This document shows, piece by piece, positions 41,153-48,116 of a stretch of 48,116 nucleotides of DNA (its first letter is position 1; each line of letters starts with the position of its first letter). This DNA is from a virus: positions 1 to 48,116 of the IMG/VR virus record IMGVR_UViG_3300010032_000001. One strand, written 5' to 3'. A program made the translations under genes and the position numbers. The notes beneath the pieces are model-generated. The model did no database searches. It saw only the letters and a program-made list of their open reading frames with translations, and was not told where the DNA came from.

Positions 41153-41610
41153 TGGACTTAAAACGATTCAAGAACCTCGGAATTACTACTGGCCTCGGTC
41201 TTATTGCTAACATGGCTAACGGCTCTTCAGCTCGTGATGCTATTCGTACTGCCGGTACTTCCGCTCTCATCGGAGAGTTTGTGAAAGATGAAGAGATGGC
41301 ATTTGGCATCAATACGGCTGTTGATGTACTCGCTAAGCAGCGCAAGGTTGCTACGGACCTCGACCGTCCTATTAGCCTTCAATATGCTTCAGCGCTTACC
41401 GTTGAGCCTTCCGAAGACGACAGTGTCCAAGCGAAAATGGAATTACTTTCTCTTCTTCGTGAGTTTGACTTTGGTCGCTACGACGAAATCATTGATTTTG
41501 TTATTGATGGATTGATTGAAGTCAAGTCTATCGTTCGTCGATTGAAAGACGAAGAGGACGGCGTAGACACTCCCTCTGGTCCTTCAACTTCTGCTGCGGA
41601 TTTACTGTAA
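41152..41610 (+). CDS. Hypothetical protein
   Basis: 152-aa ORF with a TGATG overlap. Confidence 0.45.
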   Translation: MDLKRFKNLGITTGLGLIANMANGSSARDAIRTAGTSALIGEFVKDEEMAFGINTAVDVLAKQRKVATDLDRPISLQYASALTVEPSEDDSVQAKMELLSLLREFDFGRYDEIIDFVIDGLIEVKSIVRRLKDEEDGVDTPSGPSTSAADLL

Positions 41611-41867
41611 TGGAGAACAAGGTAACACGGGAACAAATTGACCAGTTGTTAGATGAAGCTGAAACTCAAGAGAGTGTGTTCTGGGATAAAGAACTAGTAG
41701 TTTCTTACCGTCTCAAAAAGAACGGTTTTACTCTCATAGGTCGTGCTGCTTGTGTTGATCCGGCTAATTTTGACTTAGAAATCGGTCGAAGGGTGGCTAG
41801 AGAAATGGCTGCTAAAACTCTCTGGCAATTAGAAGGTTACTTACTTCAACAGGAATTGTTTGGTTAG
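41610..41867 (+). CDS. Gp49-like small phage protein (function unknown)
   Basis: ...NGFTLIGRAACVDPANFDLEIGRRVAREMAAKTLWQLEGYLL fits the Phage_gp49_66-type pattern. Confidence 0.5.
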   Translation: MENKVTREQIDQLLDEAETQESVFWDKELVVSYRLKKNGFTLIGRAACVDPANFDLEIGRRVAREMAAKTLWQLEGYLLQQELFG

Positions 41868-41870
41868 AAT

Positions 41871-43883
41871 ATGACTAATCGCTACCTAAAGGGTTTTCTT
41901 AACGAATTGTCTACCTCTCCGGTTCAAAAGCCGGTGGAGGTAGAACAGTTTGGTAGCGATAAGAAACGTTCCGCAATTCTGAGTAATGAGTCTCAGTTAA
42001 TCGAAGAACTGTTAGAAGGTCTTGAAATTCCTGACCGAACTAAAGACCTTCTTTCTCTCAATATTTCTACTTCCGCTGTATCAGCTGATCGACCTGTTCC
42101 TAGTCGAGTAGAAAAAATCCAAGCTCTTTTTGACTTCTGGAAGTTTCTGAAATTAATTAACTTTCATGGTGGTCCATTAGCTTTTGCTGAATGCCATCGT
42201 GAGTTAGTAGCTTGGAAGTTTCGTCCCTACGCTTCGTTTCGTTCTCTCGTTCTAATGCCTCGTGGACATCTCAAGTCTACGATTTTATCCGTTGCCTACT
42301 CTCTGTGGCGGATTTACCAAAACCCAAACATTCGTTTGTTTGTTGGTTGTGAGTCTCTCAAACTCTCTAAGGCATTTATTCGAGAGGTAGAATCGTATTT
42401 AGTGGACGATTGGAACAAAGAAAACGTTTGGAACTCAAGGCCTCATATTGAAGGTCAATTGATTCCGGATATGGATTCTTTAGGAAAACAGCGTCGTAGC
42501 TTGATACGAGATGTTAGTAGTGAATTTGGAGATGAGTTCTCTATTACCGATAAAGCTAACACCAAGAAGAAAGTTTGGAGAGCTGAAGCGCTCCAAGTTG
42601 TTAGGTCGAGAGTTCTTAAAGAACCTACTCTAACTGCTGGTTCAGTAGGCCAGACTTCTACTGGTTTTCACTTCGATGAGATTATTTTCGATGATGTCCA
42701 TACGTTTGAGAACTGCTCATCAGAGACTAAAATCCAGAAAACCTACTCCTGGATTTATGATATTGAATCAGTACTCGACGACCCCTATATCGACGTTGAA
42801 CTCGTCCAGCAGTTTAAAGCAGTATCCGAAACGCACTTTAACAGTTTACGGAACTGGGCGATATCTGGGGGAAGAATGAGTGTCATTGGCACTCGTTACG
42901 ACGATATGGACTATTACGGTCATATCATTGAGAATGCTGACGAACTTCATTTTGAAGTGTACCAAAAGAACATCTATCAAAATGGGATTGATAATTCAGA
43001 TGGATACCTATGGCCAGAAAAGTGGAATGAAGAAGTCGAGAAATACAAGCGAGCACAATTTGAACGAGCATTTGGTGCAACAGGGTTGGCTAGGTTCTAT
43101 AGCCAGTATTACAACAGAATCGAGGATTTTGAAGACGCAGTACTTGATTGGCAAAAGATAAACTTTCTACAGCCTAACCAAATCAAACTAGATGACGACG
43201 GGTTTGTAACCATCTTTAACTACGACCATTCGGTTCTTGGTAGATTTAAACCACGTCTTATAGTTGACCCTACCTCTACTGCATCTAAAAAGTCAGACTT
43301 TTGTGCGATGGTTGTGGGTGGTAAGATTGAAGACAAGCTCATGGTTATTGACTTCTGGATGAGACGTGAGAAACCAGAGGTTTGGTTAAAACAACTTTAT
43401 GAGTTTGTTGACAAATGGAATCTTCATGAAGCTGTTGTAGAAATGGTTGGTGGATTCAAAATACTTGAGTTTACCATTAAGCAGATGTGGATTAAGCAAC
43501 CTGAGAAGTATCGTCCTATTTCTGTTAAGTCGTACAATCCTCCTACTAACACTGGAGATGGTAAGATAAACAGAATAGAGACTGTTCTTTCTCCTGTCGT
43601 GTCTAACGGACTATTACATCTTCCTTTGTATGTTTCCAAAAACGAAGAATTGTCTAAGCAGTTTAGATTCTTCGGCAAAGATACTACCAAAGATGATGGA
43701 GTTGACGTTCTTGCTATCCTCTACGAAAAAGCTTTTCAGACCAAAGATACAAAGCAACGTCGTCGTAAGTCTATGACTATGAGAACCCATCCTATACATG
43801 GTGGAGTTGTGTACCATGACTTCGGACGACAAGAAACATTTTATGATAAAGAGAATCGTTGGGGCAGTGTAAATGTCGGATAA
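41871..43883 (+). CDS. terL: Terminase large subunit
   Basis: Walker A-like LVLMPRGHLKST. Walker B FHFDEIIFDDVH. Nuclease-domain start LIVDPTSTASKKSDFCAMVVGG. The portal gene follows. Confidence 0.85.
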   Translation: MTNRYLKGFLNELSTSPVQKPVEVEQFGSDKKRSAILSNESQLIEELLEGLEIPDRTKDLLSLNISTSAVSADRPVPSRVEKIQALFDFWKFLKLINFHGGPLAFAECHRELVAWKFRPYASFRSLVLMPRGHLKSTILSVAYSLWRIYQNPNIRLFVGCESLKLSKAFIREVESYLVDDWNKENVWNSRPHIEGQLIPDMDSLGKQRRSLIRDVSSEFGDEFSITDKANTKKKVWRAEALQVVRSRVLKEPTLTAGSVGQTSTGFHFDEIIFDDVHTFENCSSETKIQKTYSWIYDIESVLDDPYIDVELVQQFKAVSETHFNSLRNWAISGGRMSVIGTRYDDMDYYGHIIENADELHFEVYQKNIYQNGIDNSDGYLWPEKWNEEVEKYKRAQFERAFGATGLARFYSQYYNRIEDFEDAVLDWQKINFLQPNQIKLDDDGFVTIFNYDHSVLGRFKPRLIVDPTSTASKKSDFCAMVVGGKIEDKLMVIDFWMRREKPEVWLKQLYEFVDKWNLHEAVVEMVGGFKILEFTIKQMWIKQPEKYRPISVKSYNPPTNTGDGKINRIETVLSPVVSNGLLHLPLYVSKNEELSKQFRFFGKDTTKDDGVDVLAILYEKAFQTKDTKQRRRKSMTMRTHPIHGGVVYHDFGRQETFYDKENRWGSVNVG

Positions 43884-45726
43884 AATACTAGATATAAGAG
43901 GCATTAGCACTGTTGGTTCTAAGTCTCCACAAGTTAAATCCTCTGAGGTTATTAAAGAACTTCAGAGGCTTCTTGACGATTACTCCAAAGAACGTACCCA
44001 AATGGAGTGGAATTGGAGAGCTTACTACACTAACTATTTAACTACCCCTGAAGCCAAGAGAAGCAATCTTACCTACGTATCTCAAAATCTAGGTGGAGAT
44101 GTCGATGTGAATTGGAGACACAATATCAAGTCTCCTAAAGCTTATGAAGTGGTAGAGACTCTTACTTCCTACTTCATGTCTGCTTTCTTTCCTAACGAAA
44201 GGTGGTTTGACTTAGTACCCATTGAGCCTATGGGAGTAGACTTTAATGCTCATATAGAAATCAATAGAAAGTTCATAGCTAACAAGCTAGACCAGTCAAT
44301 GTTTAAGAGTAACTTTCGAGTGTTCCTTCGAGAGTGCTGCATCGCTGGTACCGCTGCGCTAATGTTTCCTTGGGTAGAAGATAACGTTCGTTTTCGTGTT
44401 CTATCTCCGTTTGAGTTTCTTCTTGATCCTCGTGCTCAGATGGCAAATGACGCTAATATGATTCGTTCGTACGAACTTTCTCTACCTGAGTTTCGTCAGT
44501 TAATTCGTGACGATGTATTTAATCTTACCACTGAGAAAGAAGTAGAGACTATGATGTCTCCCGCTATTTCTCCTACTCATGACTTTCGTATAGATAAAGA
44601 TACATTTAATTCTGTTTCTAGTTTATTAGGTTTGTCTCATAATCCTAGAACTTCGAGCGAAGGTAGGTTTGTACGGATATACGAATTCTGGGGTGATTTA
44701 CTTCTACATGACGTTCTACTAAAAAATGTTCGTGCTTCCTGGACAGACCAAGGAGTGTTATTAGCGTTAGATACTAATCCTTATGGCAGCAAGCCTTTTA
44801 TTGTTGGAACTTACCTACGTCTTTCTCAATCTCCGTACGGAGTTGGAGCACTACAACCTATAGCTTCTCAGATATTCTACAAAGACCAGCTAACGTCTCG
44901 TAATGCAGATAATGTTGCTGTAGCTTCTGACACTATGTTGGAAATCGTACAGGACGGTATTCTTGACCCTGATGACATCTATGTAGCGCCAGGCAAAAAG
45001 ATATTTGTGACTGAGCGAGATACAGTTCGTCCTATTAATATGAACTATGGTGGTGGAGTTACTGTTCAGGAACTCGGTCTAATGGACCAGACGATGGACA
45101 AGGCCATAGGTACTGGTCCGTTTATTGGAGTAGGTAACCAACGTCAGGCTGAGCGTGTGACCGCTGCGGAAGTTCAGGCACAAAGAGATGTCGGAGGAAC
45201 CAGATTAACAGATGTTTTTTCAGAACTTGAGTCTACAGTTCTTATTCCTTTTCTTGAGAAGTTTCATGTCTACTGCCGTCAGTTTTATCAAGACCGTGAA
45301 CTGATACAGATGGGACCTGTACATCTTAACATTGGACCTGAGAATATAGATTTTCCTTTTCGTGTTAAGGCTCTTGGTGCAGCTAACGTTGCTGATAGAG
45401 AGTATAACCTACGTCAGCTTTTGGATTGGCTTAACATTGTAGGTCAGAACGAAATGATGGCTCAGATGGTTAACTGGGCTGAAGTCATTAAAGAACTTAC
45501 CTACATGATGAATCCCATGATAGCTGACCGTATTGTTATGAGTCAGCAACAGATGCAAGGTGCTGCCGGTCCTCCTTCTATGGCTCAAGAATTAAACGAT
45601 AGTGCTCAATTTCTAGGAGGTAATGCAGCACAAGGAGCGTTACAGGCGGCACAACAGGCAGGCACTATGCCTCAACTTACTGAACAATTAGCATCATCAC
45701 TTGGATTAGGAGGAGTACCTCAATGA
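43873..45726 (+). CDS. Portal protein
   Basis: 617 aa, directly after TerL and before the scaffold and capsid genes. Call rests on synteny. Confidence 0.65.
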   Translation: MSDKILDIRGISTVGSKSPQVKSSEVIKELQRLLDDYSKERTQMEWNWRAYYTNYLTTPEAKRSNLTYVSQNLGGDVDVNWRHNIKSPKAYEVVETLTSYFMSAFFPNERWFDLVPIEPMGVDFNAHIEINRKFIANKLDQSMFKSNFRVFLRECCIAGTAALMFPWVEDNVRFRVLSPFEFLLDPRAQMANDANMIRSYELSLPEFRQLIRDDVFNLTTEKEVETMMSPAISPTHDFRIDKDTFNSVSSLLGLSHNPRTSSEGRFVRIYEFWGDLLLHDVLLKNVRASWTDQGVLLALDTNPYGSKPFIVGTYLRLSQSPYGVGALQPIASQIFYKDQLTSRNADNVAVASDTMLEIVQDGILDPDDIYVAPGKKIFVTERDTVRPINMNYGGGVTVQELGLMDQTMDKAIGTGPFIGVGNQRQAERVTAAEVQAQRDVGGTRLTDVFSELESTVLIPFLEKFHVYCRQFYQDRELIQMGPVHLNIGPENIDFPFRVKALGAANVADREYNLRQLLDWLNIVGQNEMMAQMVNWAEVIKELTYMMNPMIADRIVMSQQQMQGAAGPPSMAQELNDSAQFLGGNAAQGALQAAQQAGTMPQLTEQLASSLGLGGVPQ

Positions 45727-46559
45727 CTACTGCAAGCGAATTAAATACCAATCCTACACCTCAAGAACATGAGGGTATTGTTGACCCTGGTATGGCTGAT
45801 GAAGCTGCACTAGAACAGCAAATGAATGCTGCTTTTACTCAGCATCAGCAGAAACTGGAAGGTCAAGAAGTACAGCAGCAACCAGCACAACAAGAAGTAC
45901 CTCAGCAGCAACAGCAGTCGGTGCCTCAAGACTTAGCTCAACAGATTGAGCAAACGTTTCAACAGTCAACAGAGACTTCTACTGAAGAATCTCAGCAACC
46001 TGCTGAACAGCCGCCAGAAGAATCTAACGACCGTGTTAAGTACATGCAACAGCTGTTTAAAGACACGCTCGGCGTAGATGTAGGCGAAGCTGTACAAACG
46101 ATGAACAGCTTTAACGAGACTGCCCAGGGTACAATGCAACAGATGCAAGCTATGGAGAACAAAATTGCTCTTCAGCAGCAGCGTCTTGACCTCATGTACC
46201 AATGGGGAGCAGAGGCAGCACAGTTAGGTACAACTCCTTCTGAGCTTGTCAATCAACGACTAGCAGAAACTACGCAAGTTTTTTCTACTCTCAACGAGGG
46301 ATTAAGAACTCGAATTGCGTCGCAAGGTTCTAAAGGAATTATTGACTTATACAATTTGATTCAAAAGAATCGTGGTGTTACTGCTCAACAGTCTCCTCAA
46401 ACTACGGTTCCCAATGCAGGACGGGCTAACATCGCTAATGCTCCTCAAGGTAACCAATCTGACCAAAACCTTTCTGATGTTATTTCTATGAAGTCAGATG
46501 ATGATTTCTGGAATAGCATTCGTAAAGGTTACCATGATGACCTAGGAATTAGACGATGA
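45723..46559 (+). CDS. Scaffolding protein
   Basis: 278 aa, Q/E-rich and helical, between the portal and capsid genes. Confidence 0.5.
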   Translation: MTTASELNTNPTPQEHEGIVDPGMADEAALEQQMNAAFTQHQQKLEGQEVQQQPAQQEVPQQQQQSVPQDLAQQIEQTFQQSTETSTEESQQPAEQPPEESNDRVKYMQQLFKDTLGVDVGEAVQTMNSFNETAQGTMQQMQAMENKIALQQQRLDLMYQWGAEAAQLGTTPSELVNQRLAETTQVFSTLNEGLRTRIASQGSKGIIDLYNLIQKNRGVTAQQSPQTTVPNAGRANIANAPQGNQSDQNLSDVISMKSDDDFWNSIRKGYHDDLGIRR

Positions 46560-47620
46560 CTACGTATACTGGATATAGCGCTGCTCAAGGTGGCGTTATT
46601 GGACAATCAGAAGCAGTAGCATATACTCCGGAAATTTGGATTCCGGCTACTCTTCGCTATCGCGCACGTGAAATGGCCATGAGCCGTTACGTGCAAATGA
46701 TTTCATTTGACGGCAAGAAAGGCGATACTATTCGTAAGCCTTTCATCGGTCGACTAAAGCCTCGCCGCAAAGTTGCTGGTTCTCCAGTTCAGTTTGAAAC
46801 TAGGACTGAAGGCGAATGGAAAATGGTGGTGGATCGCCACACCTATGCTGGTTTTTCTGTTGACTCCAAAGTGGACTTATTTGCTGAGATTGATGTTGCT
46901 CGTGAGTACACTCCTGAGATTGCTCAGGCATTGATGGAGGATGTAGAATATTCTTTACTCGCCGAGCGCGCTACGTTTATCTCTTGGGACCCCACCAACA
47001 ACCACATCGTATCTACTGTCCCTCTTGCCTACGCTGATATTCTGAATGCTGCAGAAACCATGCTTCTGCGCGGAGTCCCGTACTCGGATATGGTTATGGA
47101 GATTGGACCTCGCCATATGGTGACTTTGTTTACCATTGATGAGTTCATTCAATCCGGTGTGTTCAATAGCGGTGATATTGCTAACATTCGCTCTGGAACG
47201 ATCGTGGGTACCATTATGGGTATTCCCATCGTGTTGAACCACAACATTCGGACCAACAGTCTAACTGGTTTGTCATTAGGTGGCAACGACTACGCAGATA
47301 TTGACCCCAGTTCTGTGAATGGTGCAGAGACTTCTCCTACTCCCGGCATGGCTGGGTCTCTTTACCTACCTACTCAATGGGGTAGTGACCAAGACGACTT
47401 CCTTCTTGATGATTACTTAGTTGCTGGTTACGAATCTGCTCTACTTCATTCTCGTCGTGCCATCGCATTGGCTATGCCCAAAGCTCCTAGTTTAGAGATG
47501 TGGTGGAATGCCGATTATCAAGAAACCCGGGTGCTAAGCACCCAGGTTTATGATATCAAAGTTCAATTTCCTGATGAAGGTATCGTCATCTCCACTGACG
47601 AAACCGCTTCAATTGCATAG
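46556..47620 (+). CDS. Major capsid protein
   Basis: 354 aa, in the position after the scaffold gene (T7 gene 10 position). Ends at TAG 47618-47620. Confidence 0.65.
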   Translation: MTTYTGYSAAQGGVIGQSEAVAYTPEIWIPATLRYRAREMAMSRYVQMISFDGKKGDTIRKPFIGRLKPRRKVAGSPVQFETRTEGEWKMVVDRHTYAGFSVDSKVDLFAEIDVAREYTPEIAQALMEDVEYSLLAERATFISWDPTNNHIVSTVPLAYADILNAAETMLLRGVPYSDMVMEIGPRHMVTLFTIDEFIQSGVFNSGDIANIRSGTIVGTIMGIPIVLNHNIRTNSLTGLSLGGNDYADIDPSSVNGAETSPTPGMAGSLYLPTQWGSDQDDFLLDDYLVAGYESALLHSRRAIALAMPKAPSLEMWWNADYQETRVLSTQVYDIKVQFPDEGIVISTDETASIA

Positions 47621-47629
47621 GACAATCTA

Positions 47630-48116
47630 ATGACTTTAATCACTGAACGCGACAACTTTGGCAACTTTGTAACGTACGATGATGCAGTTACTGTACCTGC
47701 CACAGCACCTACAGCTTCTTTTGTAAGTGCTCCTGTTAATGCCTTTGCTGGTAATTCTTTTCCAGTAGTGTTCGACCTAAAACATCCTAGAGTGTTGGAT
47801 ACTTCCATTACTGCTAGTACCTTAACGGTTACTGGTCCAGCAGGTTCAGCTCCTATTGTGAGTTTGGACTTTGCAAAGTATTTAGGAGTAGGTACTTATC
47901 GCGTTCAGTGGTTAGTCAATCCTATCGATGGACAAGAGGGATTTTACAACTGCCAGATTGAAGCAGGAGGATTTACTTCTACTACTCCTACCAATAATAC
48001 TGCGAGTGACAGCCATGCGACTCGTGTATTTGGTAATCCTTTTACTCGTCCGGTGTTAGCGCCCAGTTGGCAACACGTTTTCAAAGGTATTCAAGGAACG
48101 TATGACACTGACCCTG
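47630..48116 (+). CDS. 5' part of the sialidase-like virion protein gene (Ig-like N-terminal region); continues at window position 124
   Basis: ATG 47630. Open to the window end in the same frame as 60..1757 once the 47,993-bp offset is applied. MTLITERDNFGNFVTYDDAVTVPATAPTASF... Confidence 0.7.
   Translation, partial: MTLITERDNFGNFVTYDDAVTVPATAPTASFVSAPVNAFAGNSFPVVFDLKHPRVLDTSITASTLTVTGPAGSAPIVSLDFAKYLGVGTYRVQWLVNPIDGQEGFYNCQIEAGGFTSTTPTNNTASDSHATRVFGNPFTRPVLAPSWQHVFKGIQGTYDTDP
47994..48116. repeat. Second copy of the 123-bp terminal overlap
   Basis: Identical to 1-123. Unique genome length is therefore 47,993 bp. Confidence 0.95.

Noticed and set aside
46565-46570. TATACT hexamer at the start of the capsid gene as another promoter
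   Set aside because: No TTGxxx element lies 17-18 nt upstream (the sequence there is cctagg/ctagga), and the site is inside coding sequence.

Overview
The window is a complete tailed dsDNA phage genome. The first 123 bp are repeated exactly at the end, so the unique length is 47,993 bp. Gene content resembles a T7-supergroup podovirus, but I found no phage RNA polymerase.

Two divergent arms start from a control region at about 35.6-36.6 kb.

- **Leftward arm (minus strand, 36452 down to 19480).** It opens with many tiny early genes: acidic proteins, single-pass membrane micro-proteins, small HTH proteins and two HNH homing endonucleases. A replication and recombination block follows. It holds a ParB/Srx-like protein, a T7 gp4-like primase-helicase, a T7 endonuclease I-like resolvase, a family A DNA polymerase, an ERF annealing protein, an SSB-like protein and a PD-(D/E)XK exonuclease.
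- **Rightward arm (plus strand, 36627 to 48116, wrapping to 1-19483).** It starts with small early genes, including a Cro/XRE HTH and a DUF2829/Tad2-like candidate. The structural module follows: TerL, portal, scaffold, major capsid, a GH33 sialidase-like virion protein, tail tubular A/B-like proteins, several large Q-rich internal proteins and a T7 gp17-like fibre with a tail-collar domain.

Most notable observations:
1. A textbook -1 frameshift cassette (A AAT TTT, 5-nt spacer, GC hairpin). It is the only way to express the catalytic half of an M23 peptidase, as a 1028-aa fusion with the upstream coiled-coil protein.
2. A 630-bp non-coding region that looks like an origin. It has a (CG/TG)n alternating block, a perfect 44-bp A/T-only palindrome, a 110-nt C-free tract and dispersed repeats.
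3. A possible ADP-ribosyltransferase-like module inside a 1667-aa virion protein.
4. A sialidase gene separated from the capsid gene by a single in-frame TAG.
5. An interleaved terminator/antiterminator structure after the SSB-like gene.
6. A C-terminal peptide shared by two replication-arm proteins.

All functional calls rest on motifs read by eye. No database searches were run.
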